A stretch of 64,000 nt of DNA from Octopus sinensis (Eukaryota), in NCBI RefSeq assembly GCF_006345805.1, contig NC_043002.1, positions 31,062,001-31,126,000 on the forward strand, in the 5' to 3' direction. Shown piece by piece: positions 40,603-54,062 of the stretch. Position 1 is the first letter of the stretch, and each line of letters starts with the position of its first letter. The notes under the pieces were generated by a model. It searched no databases, was not told the DNA's origin, and saw only the letters and a program-made list of their open reading frames with translations. The translations under genes were made by a program, and so were the position numbers.

Positions 40603-41545
40603 ATATATATATATATAATATATATATATATATATACAGGTATATATATGTGCGTGTGTGTGTGTGTCTTCTGTGCAGCAAGTAAAAAAAGAGGTGTACA
40701 TACATGCATTTCATTGAAAACGTTAATGTGTGTTAAGGATTTAGTATATGTGTGCTTGTGTGTTTGTTTATCGATGTGTACTTTACCGTAGATGCATGTC
40801 CGTGTATGAATATAAGTTTGTGTGTGTTGCACGAAATTCATTTTGAATCTCAAACTGGCTGAAATGAACCAAAGAAATAAAATGAGAGAAAAAAAATAAT
40901 CAAACAAATCCACAGCAAAAATCAACAAAAATAGAGAAAAAGAAATGAAGACATAACGGGGAAAAATATCAATGAAACAACGTGAAATCTGAACGAAAAA
41001 AGAAGGTACAATTATCAACAAAAAAAAAAGGCAAAAAAAAGTATAAATGAAAAAAACAAACCAAATGTCAAAACAAAAATCTCCCTGGTAAAAATGAGCG
41101 ACCGTTCCTTGAAATACAAAACAAATGAAAACTAAACAAATGAAGCAAATATTCTGACTATGGCTTCTTGTGTTAGTGAAAGGAGAGTGAAAAATATTCC
41201 TTGCAACCTTAGAAAATGGTTGCCACATTAGTTGGCATCAAGTAAATTGGTGCCCATAAAATTGAGTTCTAGCATACAGACGAACATTGAGTGTAATGTA
41301 TATATTCAATGTCTGACATTACCGTAGTTTAGTGGCGTGTAAATGTAACGATGAGACTACAGTGACACACACAGTCACACACACGCGCACACACGCACGC
41401 ACACACATGCACACCAATGTGCCTGCATACAGGTACGCACATACACGCTCACATACACACTAACTCACACACACTCTCTCTCTCTCTCTCACAGACACAC
41501 ACACATGCATACAAATACACACAGACACACACACATAAATATATG

Positions 41546-41945
41546 CACGAGAATGGTGCTGAAAAGTTCCTGGTTTTCAGTAAAAGAAAATACAGGAAAA
41601 TCAGTTAATTATGATTTTATTCAACATATTCCCTTCTCAGATTCACAAACTGATTGCAGTGGTCCTTCGGGCTGTCAAAGACCTGTGAAAGAACTTGGAT
41701 GTTTCGGCCTTCAACCAAGCTTCTCACTAAAATTTGGGTGACTGAACCTACTCTGAGCATACTCCTCTAAGACGGGAGATTTGTGGAAGAAAGACATGCC
41801 AGCATGAGATGTCTGTAGATGGTGGAGACATCAGTATGTTTGGGATTCCATGATGGCCCCTAGGTAGAATTCTCCGCTTTTGGAGAATTTTCATTGCTTC
41901 TGAAAGACTTGTTAGTTCTTGTGAAAGTTTTGTGCAGACAAAACA
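41546..41945 (-). mobile_element. Mariner remnant, 3' end and TIR
   Basis: TIR-like CACGAG..GTGCTGAAAAGTTCC; minus-strand AWLKAETSKFF..EGNMLNK resembles a mariner C-terminus. Confidence 0.7.
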
Positions 41946-41954
41946 ACCTCTGGC

Positions 41955-42358
41955 TACTATGCCGTACGTATGGATATGAGGTTCCGGGCGCTTGGTCCCA
42001 ACATACAACGGGAAAGGTAATGGACAAAAAAGGGGAGGTAAAAACCTCTGAGACTTAAACTTCCAGACAGACAGGGTATTAGAGCACCGAAGGTCGAATA
42101 TATTAACCTTTACGAGGGTCAAACAAGAGTGCCTAATAAATTATTTGCCAGGAGATAAACATATGATGAAAGAGAGCGAAAGGCTGATAAATATAAAGAC
42201 CTGAGAATTGGGATCGCTAAGATATGGCAGCAACACCGGAGCATTGGGTTCAATAACACTCCATCTGAAAAAAACATCTGGAAATTTTAGAAATACCCTA
42301 GAATCTAAGTGTATTGCAAAAGTCGGCTTTACGCATATTCCGTAAAGTACTGTCAGTA
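41955..42358 (+). mobile_element. Dong family 3 endonuclease fragment
   Basis: CRTYGYEV, FQTDRVLEHRR, KYKDLRI, VLQKSA..RKVLSV; followed by AAT/AGT/GAA repeats. Confidence 0.75.
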
Positions 42359-42444
42359 CAAACTCCCGGTAAACACAAAATCTTCAATCAACAATTTCAC
42401 GATATTGTATACTGTGCGACGTGTAATAATAATAATAATGATAA

Positions 42445-42491
<47 letters not shown>

Positions 42492-42739
42492 ATAATAATA
42501 ATAAGAAGAAGAAGTAGAAGAAGAATAAGAAGAAGAAAAAGAAGAAGAAGAAGAAGAAGAAGAAGGAGAAGAAGAAGAAGAAGAAGAAGAGAAGAAGAAG
42601 AAGAAGAAGAAGAAGAAGAAGAAGAAGAAGAAGAAGAAGAAGAAGAAGAAGAAGAAGAAGGAGAAGAACTGAATATTGTGTAATGAAAGAAAAATTTTAA
42701 CTAGGGAATACAAAAAAGGAAAAAGCAGGGAAGGAAAAA

Positions 42740-42930
42740 AATGTGCGGTCAGCTTACAAGAGATGTGATCGCAAAGACAGATACATAGGAAAGGTGGCTA
42801 TGGATAAGGGTGAGTGGCCTGAAGATAGAGACAGAAGTACTCATATGCGCAGCTCAAGAGCCTCTAAAACTTGTCCACAGTTTCGGAAAGTACGTCAAAA
42901 TGAGGATGGGATTGGAGAATGCCAATGAGA
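42740..42930 (+). mobile_element. Degraded Dong fragment
   Basis: GQLTRD..WLW..LKIETEVLICAAQE-like translation. Confidence 0.6.
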
Positions 42931-42986
42931 CATTCATCAGATGCAAACTAATCAGCTCTTGAAACACGGCTCTCAACATAAACACA

Positions 42987-43884
42987 TTGAGCGAGAAAGC
43001 AGAGTATACCGTCAAAGTAACCCTGGGGCGCAAACATAGGAAGCCCAATGTACTCATTATTCCTCTGATAAGGGTAACCGAGAACATGAAATACAACCTT
43101 TTGTGCACCACATGTTGTCTCATATGAAGATAAACAGCGCATGACTTTGCAGTTGAAGCCCAGCTGGAATTTTCTTCAAGTCTGGTAACTCATCCTGCTC
43201 AAAGTGTCCCTGAATATTGGTTGCTTAAGGACGATGAGCAAAATAGGTTTTTGGAAGTGATTTATTTAAACCCCAAAGAACCCTCTCACCATATTGTTAA
43301 AATTCTCCGTACTATTTCTGCTCGTGATCAGAGATACACATATCGTCAGCCACTCAAAAAATTTGCTCACCTGGTTAAGGTCAAACAAGTGACGAGTAAA
43401 TATGCGGTATTGAGCAGAATGGCGGCGGGCTGGCAGAAACGTTAGCACGCCGGGCGAAATGCGTAGCCGTATTTCGTCTATCGCTACGTTCTGAGTTCAA
43501 ATTCCGCCGAGGTCGACTTTGCCTTTCATCCTTTCGGGGTCGATTAAATAAGTACCAGTTACGTACTGGGGTCGATATAATCGACTTAATCCGTTTGTCT
43601 GTCCTAGTTTGTCCACTCTGTGTTTAGCCCCTTGTGGGTAGTAAAGAAATAGGTACTGAGCAGAATATTTTTTACACCAAGGCAAGACCTGTAAACGTTG
43701 ACACTTCTAATCATGACGTTGTTGATTGAAGATATTGTGTCTACAAGGAGTTTGTATTGTTTCTCAAGTCACATGAAGAGCATCAGACAGACAGTGCTGT
43801 AAGCAACATGCGTGCTTTTCCAAGTAATGCCGACTTCTGCAATACACCTAGAATGTATGATATTTCTAAGGTTTTCGAATATTT
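42987..43884 (-). mobile_element. Dong family 3: ORF C-terminus plus ~0.55-kb 3'UTR, interrupted by a SINE
   Basis: Minus: LEISYILGVLQKSALLGKARMLLTALSV* (stop 43783-43785), then UTR colinear with 43942-44177 and 26331-26575. Confidence 0.8.
43421..43651 (+). mobile_element. Full-length SINE family A with 15-bp TSD
   Basis: GGTATTGAGCAGAAT (43406-43420) and GGTACTGAGCAGAAT (43652-43666). Confidence 0.95.
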
Positions 43885-43941
43885 ATTCACGTTCAACTGA
43901 AAATTTTATTAACATCATCATCATTATTATTATTATTATTA

Positions 43942-44177
43942 TTGAGTGAAAGAGCAGTTCATGCCATCAAAGTGACACTGGGGTAAAATATACGAAGCCC
44001 AATATACCCATCATGACTACACGTCTGATAAGGGTACACCAGGCACATGCATCACAACCATATGTGCGCGACATGGTGATCTCATATCAAGATAAACAGC
44101 ACATGACCTTACAGGTGGGGCCTAGTTAGAAATTTCTTCAGGTTCAGTAGCCCATCCCGCTCAAAAGATCCCTGAAT
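43942..44177 (-). mobile_element. 5'-truncated Dong family 3 (3'UTR only) within (TTA)n
   Basis: Colinear with 42987-43210; TTA repeats on both sides. Confidence 0.85.
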
Positions 44178-44209
44178 TATTATTATTATTATTACTATTA
44201 TTATTATTA

Positions 44210-44269
<60 letters not shown>

Positions 44270-44333
44270 TATTATTATATTATTATATTATTATTATATA
44301 TTATTATTATTATTATTATTGTCGTTGTTGTTG

Positions 44334-44371
<38 letters not shown>

Positions 44372-44435
44372 GTCGTTGTTGTTGTTGTTGTTAATTATTA
44401 TTATTATCATTATTATTCTTATCATTATCCTTATT

Positions 44436-44900
44436 GTCTTTGCACAGCTTTTAACGCAGGCGATATACTATGGTGTCAGCTGTTCACTACCACTGAACTA
44501 AGGTAACACGCCTTATTTTTCGAGCACCTTCCGGAGTATTTGAGCGGTTCCAAGCTGTGCTTTTTTCTGCAAGTGCTCCACCCTTATTGCAGCCCCTGTT
44601 TATCATGTACTTCTCAAGATTTCTACTCATTGTTCCCAGGGTTCCGACAATTATTCCTACAAGCACCATCTTTATCATCAACTACAACTGCTTAACATAC
44701 GAATCTAACCTGTTATATCTATCAAATTTTCTTTCTTCCTTATCGCATACATTGTTGTCAGCTGGGCATGCTATATCTATGATCTAGCATAGCTTGCTTT
44801 CTTTCTCAATTTAGACTGTCTGGTTTCCCATAGGATCTTTGCATTATAATTTTCGATGATGCCTTCGGGTCCGTACCGATTTTTTGTTCTGTCTAGTTCA
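44436..44900 (-). mobile_element. 5'-truncated Dong family 2 within (TTA)n
   Basis: Colinear with 33620-34105 (KPDSL.EKESKLC.IIDIACPAD, LGTARILRKV). Confidence 0.9.
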
Positions 44901-44935
<35 letters not shown>

Positions 44936-44974
44936 TATTATTATTATTATTTATTATTATTATTATTATTATTA

Positions 44975-45608
44975 CCTTTGCACAGCTCCTAACCCTGGAG
45001 ATCTACTACAGTGTCAGCTGTTCATTACCAGTGAACTAACGTAATACCTCTTATTATTTTTCGAGCACATTCTGGAGTATTCGTGAGTTTCCACGCAGTG
45101 CTGTTTTCTGCAAGTGCTCCACCCTTATTACAGCCCCTATTTGTTCCACGTACTTCTCGAAATTTTTGTTCCCTGTTCCCAGGGTTCCGACAGTCATTGG
45201 CATCACTGCTACCTTTTTCATCAAACACAGCTGCTTAATTTCCCAAGTTAACCAGTCATATCTCTCAACTTTTCTTCCTTCCTTATCGCCTACCTTGTCA
45301 GCTGGGCATATTATATCTATGATCCAGCATAGTTTGATTTCTTTCTCAATTATGACTCTGTCTGGCTTCGAATACTCTATCTCATGGTCGCACTGAATCA
45401 TAAAATCCCATAGGATCTTGGCATTTCTATTTTCGATGATGCCTTCAGGTTTGTGATCGTACCAATTTTTTGCTCGTTGCAAAGTGTCCAATGGACAAGC
45501 CTTGCTATATTGTCGTGGAGTCTCTTATATTCCTTCTGGGCTAGTGGCGTACATTGACTGGTAATATGCCATAAGGTTTCACTGTTTTATCCACAGATTC
45601 TGCACTTT
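44975..45608 (-). mobile_element. 5'-truncated Dong family 2 within (TTA)n
   Basis: ORF 45054-45491 with KPD..IIDIICPAD restriction-like endonuclease motif; starts at the CRIC..HITSQC knuckle. Confidence 0.93.
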
Positions 45609-45628
45609 TGTTGTTGTTGTTATTATTA

Positions 45629-45692
<64 letters not shown>

Positions 45693-45702
45693 CATTATTA
45701 AT

Positions 45703-45930
45703 GTTCAGTGAGGTCTCATTGCATGGCACCAAAGTGACACTAGATTAAAATATACCTTTCGTGACGATCCGTCTTATTTGGGTATACCAGTCACATGCAT
45801 TACAATAAACAGCGCATTGCCTTAGAGGTGGGGTCCTCTTAGAATTTTCATTGAGTGAGCAGCCCATCTGTCTGAAAATTTCCCTGAATAAGGGTTGTTT
45901 GTGTATGTCGAACGAAACACATGTTTACAG
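45703..45930 (-). mobile_element. Diverged Dong family 3 3'UTR copy
   Basis: CAAAGTGACACT, ATAAACAGCGCAT, CCCTGAATAAGGGTTGTTT; (TTA)n on its 3' side. Confidence 0.7.
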
Positions 45931-46198
45931 TCGTCAATATAAAGACCATATAGTACGTGAGGGGGACCAGTGGATCTTGAGAATATTTGGGCCTCAGCAT
46001 AGCCAACGAACATGTTTGCGTAGTTGGGGTCAATTCTTTTCTAATGGCCACTCCCGAAAAATGTAAAAATCACCCGCGAACTAGAAGCAGTTGAGGGAGC
46101 GAACAAGTTCAGCCAGAAGTGTAGTTCAGAAGTGTGGATGTGTCAGGTTGGGAATCATATATATATTTGAATATATATATATATTCTTCTATATTGTA

Positions 46199-46444
46199 TG
46201 TATTTCAGTCTTTGACTGCGGTCATGATGGAGCACCACCTTTAGTCGAACAAGTAGACCCACAGGATTTATCATTTGTCAGCCTATTATTCTATCGATAA
46301 AATTTTACCGAAACACTAAGTTACGGGTTTCTTAAAGTTTCCGTCTACCGAATCCTCTCACAAGGCTTTGATGCGCCAAGTTACCACGCAGTGGGTTTGA
46401 AATCGGTACCATGTGTTTGATGAAGCAAGTTTCTTACCGCACAG
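46199..46444 (-). mobile_element. Diverged, internally deleted SINE family B
   Basis: TTTCAGTCTTTGACTGCGG, AGTTTCCGTCTACC, CACGCAGTGGG segments. Confidence 0.75.
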
Positions 46445-46523
46445 TAACGGGTATACACGCACAAACACACACACATATGTGTGTGTGTATATGTATCTAT
46501 AATATATATATATATATATTATA

Positions 46524-46961
46524 TATATGAAAGAAGGTTTGAAAATGCAATTTTAAAAGATGCTTATTTACTTAACCGGTTTCACTTTTTTATAAAAAGA
46601 TTGTCAAAAGTAACATGTAAAAGCTTTGTTGTGTTAGGTACTGGTTGTCACAAAATATTACAATGCATATATACATTCTTTGATAATAATAAGAACATGT
46701 TAAAAACAGTTTACAAGGTTAAATCTTGGGAAATATAAAAAAATTTGACAAGTTCATTAAAATATTGTAAACTGTCTTTAGCATGTCCTTATTATTATTA
46801 TCAAATAATGTATATACGTATTGTAATATTTTGTGGCAACCAGTACCTAACACAACAAAGCTTTACATGTTACTTTTGAAAATCTTTTTCTAAAAAAGTG
46901 AAACCGGTCAAGTAAATAAACATCTTTTAAACTTGCATTTTCAAACCTTCTTTCATATATA
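46524..46961. mobile_element. Foldback element with ~190-bp arms and ~50-bp spacer
   Basis: 46524-46716 vs reverse complement of 46765-46961; ends TATATGAAAGAAGG / CCTTCTTTCATATA. Confidence 0.9.
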
Positions 46962-46997
46962 ATTCCACTCGTGCGGTACCTTACAACTCCACTTTGT

Positions 46998-47057
<60 letters not shown>

Positions 47058-47355
47058 AAACATAAGGTGCATACATAACGTAAGCACACTGAGGCAAACT
47101 CATTCATATACAGTCAGATACTTATTTAGGTGTATGTAATACTTAGTGTATTTAGAAACAAAAATCACTCCGGGAAGCAAAGACGCTTCATGTAACACTC
47201 ATGTACACATATATGGGAACACACATTTCACCGGGATTCGTGTATACACACACGGCCAAGCACATACATGCTTGGTTTTCGAAAAACACTCGTTCACGTA
47301 CTCAAACACCTATATTCATATATATATATATATGTGTGTGGTGTGTGTGTGTGTG

Positions 47356-47389
<34 letters not shown>

Positions 47390-47640
47390 GGTGTGTGCTG
47401 TATCATATATATATCACATAATTAAAGGATATAATCATTAAAACTTTTGAGGGGGCAGCATATAAAATAGAATTATTTTGGTAAATTTCACAAAAAGACA
47501 TTTATAATAGTATATAATATAATCATAATTAAGGAGGGCATAGCAGATTCTCTGTCTTATATGCATTGGTCGGCCCTTGATTATAATTGTATTTAATACT
47601 ATGGTATATATATATATATATTATATATATATATATATAT

Positions 47641-47685
<45 letters not shown>

Positions 47686-48269
47686 TGGTTTTGGGATTTG
47701 GCTTGCAAGATTCTTTATACGACTTCGTGTATTGAAGCATATTCTGTTGTGTCTGGGGAAGAGTCATATATATAATATATATATATATATATATACATTT
47801 AAATATATATTACATACAGAGATACATACATATAAATACATATGCAGATATATACACGCACCAACAGACCATTATTTGTGCCTATATAATGCGAAGTTTC
47901 ATAGACATACGCACCATATATGTACATACATGAACACCCTAGTAAATACATACATAGACACACGCACACACATCTAGATACACACACACATTTATAATCC
48001 TATATTATAACAGGCACTAAGACAGCCACCATAATTTAAGTCCCTTTAATTTACACGTGCCACTAAATTCGCTAACGTAAGCAGATGTACATACATATAC
48101 ATAGACATAAGTCATAGACACACACAGATCTATAAAGACTTAATATATATATGAACACACAAACATTTGCATCCACACATTCACTAATACACACATATGG
48201 TTGTAAGTTCACACGTACAGTGAGCAACTCACACAGACGCACACAAACGTGCGGACAAACACACGCACC

Positions 48270-48305
<36 letters not shown>

Positions 48306-48699
48306 TATATAAACACACACTAACAACGCCATTTATCTCTGCAAATTTCTATTTGAAAAATTTTGTTAATTTATTTTAGTAGCTTAGGTCAGCGGGACAT
48401 TCCTGTAACTCGTTCGCCTCTCACATCCACCAGCACCACCTACACCACTGGCACCGCCAGCACCACAAACTCCACCACCACTACTCCCACTACCACTGGC
48501 ACTCGCACCTCACTCATTCAATAATATTCGTTCGTCTAAATTTACGCCACCTTCACCGATCTCATTCACCTGGAATCTCATGTAATTACCCGAAAGAGGG
48601 ATTAATATTGGGGATGGCGGACAGAGAGTCGGTGTGGACGAGCGTTTGAAGAAATAAATTAGAGAGTCTTAGAACGGTACAGAGAGGAAAAAAAAAGAG

Positions 48700-48831
48700 A
48701 GAGAGAGACAGAGAGAACAGAAAATATATAGTAATGGATAATAGAAAGAGGTAGTCGTGGCAGGAGGAAGAGAGAAAGGGGAATTTAGCGTGATTGAGAC
48801 AAAGATAAAATGAGCAACACATACACAGATC

Positions 48832-48867
<36 letters not shown>

Positions 48868-49626
48868 TAAATAGATGTATATATACATACATATATATAT
48901 ATTTATATGCATACAAATGTACACATAATATATATAGACATATATATATATATATATATCATATATATATACATATATATAAACATACAACATATATACA
49001 TGTACACACACATGTATAATATATATGTCTATAAGTGTATATGTGTTTTTGTGTGTGTGTGATGAGGGAGAGAGAGGCGAGAAAAGGCTAGTTGGAGTGA
49101 ATGAGAGAAAGAAAAATAATAGAGGAATGAAAAAAAAGGGAAGTAGGAGGGACCAGAACGAAGAAAAAAAGATAGACGTGAATGTGGAAAGAAAAAAATG
49201 TCTGTAAAAGAAATGAAGGAAAACATAAGAATTCGATAAAGTGAAAGAAATTTCAAGAAAAAATAGGGAACAAATGTTAAAAGAATGAGAATAAAATAAA
49301 AAGGAAAGTTAGCTAAAATAGAAGGGAACATACCCCGTCACTAAATAAAGAAAACAAAAAAATGGAGGGGTGTGTTGGTTGGCAGGGAGTTGGGAATGAA
49401 TATAACTACATAAAATAATACGAAAAATAGAAATAAACTAAAATGGAGAAGAAAAAATAAAGTGTGAGGGAAATTTAAAGAAAAAAATTACCGTAGAAAG
49501 AAAAAAAATTTTTGTGTCAAACGTTAAAAAATAACATGATGGAAAATAGAGCAAAATAAATAACGATGAAGTAGAAAGATGATGGAAAATGAAGGTGGGA
49601 ATAACATGGAGTACAACACACACATA

Positions 49627-49670
<44 letters not shown>

Positions 49671-49712
49671 ATATATATATATATGTGTGTGTGTATATGT
49701 ATAGTTATATAT

Positions 49713-49745
<33 letters not shown>

Positions 49746-49926
49746 TATATTATATATATATGTATAATATATATATATATATGTATATTATATATATATA
49801 TGTCTATATATATTATATATATATATATATACATATATATGTATATATTTTACATACAAAGATACATACATATATACATATATATATATATAATATACAT
49901 ATGCATATTAATATATATACATACTC

Positions 49927-49970
<44 letters not shown>

Positions 49971-50022
49971 CGCTTCCTTATATATGAAAAAGTACACACA
50001 GAGAGTGTATGCATGTGTGTGT

Positions 50023-50074
<52 letters not shown>

Positions 50075-51170
50075 GAAGCAATACAAGAGCCAAGAAAGAG
50101 AAAGGCTAACATAAAAGAAATAAAATGGCGGAAGGTAAACAAAAATATATATAAGTAACGAATAATAAGTGATGGTTTTATTGTTGTTTGAAAAAGAAAT
50201 CAAAAACACAGTAGTAGAGAAAGCGATTGATCGAGACAAAATTTAAAAACAAAAAGAAAAAACAGAGGGACGCAGAGGAGAGACTGATAGAGAAATAAAT
50301 AGAGAAAAATGGAAAGACAGAACATGTCTGCGTGTGTGAAAAAAGAAAGGACAGAGAAAGGGCGGGCACGTCTGGGCGTGTTGTGAATTAGAGACCAGTG
50401 AATTTGTGTCTGTAAGAGAGAGAGAGAGAGAGAGAGAGTGTGTGTGTGTGTCCATGTGTGTGCGTGTGTAAAAAAAGGAGAGAGAAAGAGAGAGAGACTA
50501 TGCGTGTATGTACTTCAGAATGAAAGACAGAAGAGGAGAGATAGAGCGTTATGTCTGTGTATGTGAAAGAAAGAGAGAGAGAGATAGAGAGAGAGAGAGA
50601 GGAGGGAGGGAGAGATTCAAAGTTGTCTGTGTTAGGGAGAGAAGGATGAAAAGGGAAGATAGAACGTTTTGACTGCGTGAGTGAAAGAGAAAATGAGAAA
50701 GAGAGTCAAAGATATGGAGAGAGCGTGAGAGAGTGTGAGAGCTTCTGTATGTATGTGAGTGTTTGTGAGAGTGCTAGAGGCACAGATAGAGAGATAGGAA
50801 GAGAGAGGGGAAGAGACAGAGAAAGGGATAGGAAGGGGAGAAAGAGAGAGAGAGAGAGAAAGGGGAAGATAGAGAGAACTAGAAAGGCATGTAATAAGGG
50901 GAGAATCGTACTTAAAGAGGTAAAATTAAAAAATAAATCGAAACTCCGAGCAAGAGGGATTGTGAAAGGCTAAACGAATCAGAGGGAGAAAGAGAAACAG
51001 TAGCAAATGGTCAGACTGTGACACCTTTGATCGTTGATGTTGTTATGGTTGTTATTGCTGTTGTTGTTGTTGTTGTCTGTGATGGTGTCCTTACTGTCAC
51101 AAAAATAGTTGGTCTAGTAGTTGTAGTGGTACTACTACTACTACTACTACTACTACTAGTAATGCTACTA

Positions 51171-51213
<43 letters not shown>

Positions 51214-51254
51214 CACTGCTGCTGCTGCTACTACTACTACTACTACTACTACTA

Positions 51255-51290
<36 letters not shown>

Positions 51291-51833
51291 TAGTGGTAGC
51301 AGTGGAAGTAATTATTGCAGTTGTAGTAGTAATAGTGGCGTTAATTGTGCTATATATATATATTAGTAGTAGTATTATAAGTGGTATTGGTGGTGGTATG
51401 GCGGAGACGGGGATCGTCTTGGCCATACTGTTGGTAATACTTAGCAATAGTAGTGGTAATGGTGAAGGCTGAAGTAGTAGCCGTAGTATATTATTGTTAG
51501 TAGTAGTAGAATACGGCAGCGATAGTAGTAGGTAGTAGTAGTAGTAGTAGGAGGAGGAGGAGGAGGAGGAGGAGGAGGCGGACGAAGAGGAGGAGGAGGC
51601 GGACGAGGAGGAGGAGGCGGACGAGAGGAGGAGTCGGCGGAGGATGAGTGCTAGTGGTGGTGGTAGTGGTAGTGAATGATGTAGATAGTACTAGTTATTT
51701 TTCGAGGGATTGGTTTTTTGCTGTTTTTTTTTGCCTCTAGAATATTAGCCCCCCCCCTCCTTATTTTGTCTGTGATTTACAGAGATAACTGCTACGAGGT
51801 GAGATCTAGCGCTGTAGTTGATTGAAGCTGTTA

Positions 51834-51868
<35 letters not shown>

Positions 51869-51923
51869 ACAGCTGTTGGGAATGGTGCTGGTGGTGAATG
51901 TCATATTGGTAGAAATGACGATA

Positions 51924-51965
<42 letters not shown>

Positions 51966-53109
51966 GTGGTGATGGTGGTGGTGGTGGTGGTGGTGGTGGT
52001 GGGGTGGTGGTGGAGGTGGTGGGTGGTGGTGGTGGTGGTGGTGGTGGTGGTTACGATGACGGTGGTGCTGATCGACAGCGGTTATGCTTTTAATGAAGAC
52101 CATTAAAAACTGTCGACGAAAACGACGAAAATGAGAACAACACTGGCGATGACGATGATGATGGTGACGATGAGAAGTGGATGATGAAGGGAGAGAAGAA
52201 GGAAGGCGATGAAAATGATAATGTTGAGAGTGGAAGGAGGTGGAGAAAGTAAGCAATAGAAAGAAGTGGATGATAATGAAGGTGATAGCGATGATGATCA
52301 TGATGATGATGACGCCGATGACGACGACGAGGGCGACGACAATGGTGATGATGATGATGAAGATGATGATGATGATGATGAGGATGAGGATGATGATGAT
52401 GAGGAAGATGATGATGATGATGACGACGACGCCGATGACGACGACGAGGGCGACGACAGCGACGACAATGATGATGAGGATGATGATGATGATGATGATC
52501 ATGATCATGATGATCATGATGACGCCGATGACAACGACGAGGGCGACGACAGCGACGACATTGATTACGATGAGGAGGAGGATGATGATGAGGATGATGA
52601 TGATGATGATGATGATTTTAACGATAACGAGGATGACGGCAATGATGATGACCGCAATCAGAACGTTAAACACAGTGCCGCTACTGATGAAGCTAATGAT
52701 GATGGCATTTACGATGATGGCGCCGATGAAGTTGATGGTATTGACAACCACGACAATCATCATAACAATAGTCAACATCACGAACAAGTAGTAGCAATAC
52801 AATCATAACTATGATGAGGAGGATCATGACGTTGGCAACGAGAAAGATGGCGACGACCACGATGATGATATTGATGATGAGGATGAGGATCATCATCATC
52901 ATCATCATCACCATCATCTTCCTCATCATCATTATCATCATCATCATCATCATCATCAGGAAGAGGAGGGGATGATGAGGACAGGCGACACCGACAACCA
53001 TGACGATGATGATGCTAATAATGATGATGTTGATTTCGATGATGAGAACGTCGACTATGACACCAAAGATGATGATGTTTTGTGTGTGATGATGATGATA
53101 ATGATGATG

Positions 53110-53144
<35 letters not shown>

Positions 53145-53316
53145 AAGGATGATGATGTTGATGATGATGATGATAATGACGACGATGGTGATGATGTCGA
53201 CGACAGTAACAAAAATAATAATGTTAATGGTGAACAGGTTGATGATGATGCTGACTGTCATGATAATACGTGATGATGATTACAATGATGATGATGATGA
53301 TAATGATGATGATTAC

Positions 53317-53363
<47 letters not shown>

Positions 53364-53903
53364 GTGGTGGTGGTGGTGGTGGTGGTGGTGGTGGTGGTGG
53401 TGGTGGTGGCGTATAACAGTTGTTGTCGTCATCGTCTTCGTCTTCGTCATCGTCGTAATCGTTCAACGTTGAAACATTCCTGGACTGAGGCCAAAATACT
53501 TGGTGGCGTGTTGTTGTTATTATAAAAGCATTTATTTCATTTCAGTTTGTTTTATTAATTTTTATTGCTTCTGTTGTTGTTGTTGTTGTTGTTGTTGTTA
53601 ACGTTTTCCTTGTATTCTATTGTATTGTTTCTTGGGGGTTGTATTCGGTTTTTTTTTCGGAAAACTATTTTGTTTTAATTGTTTAAATTTTCGTGATTTT
53701 GTTTTTGTTCAATTTAAAAATCTAATTTTCTCTTTTCCATAATAAGAAAAATAAACAAAACAATACAAAAACAAATCAAACATTTTAGAAAATCTACGTA
53801 ATGGGAGCGAATGAAGTTTCGATGTTTCCAGAATATACCAGGGGATATAGATTCCACCTTACATACACAGTACATATGATTATACCTACATACATGTGTG
53901 CAT

Positions 53904-53948
<45 letters not shown>

Positions 53949-54006
53949 TATATCAAACATATATATATATATATACATATATACAAAACATACACATATA
54001 TGTATG

Positions 54007-54062
<56 letters not shown>

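Noticed and set aside
51024-51032. TCF/LEF site CCTTTGATC
   Set aside because: A single 9-mer is expected by chance in 64 kb.
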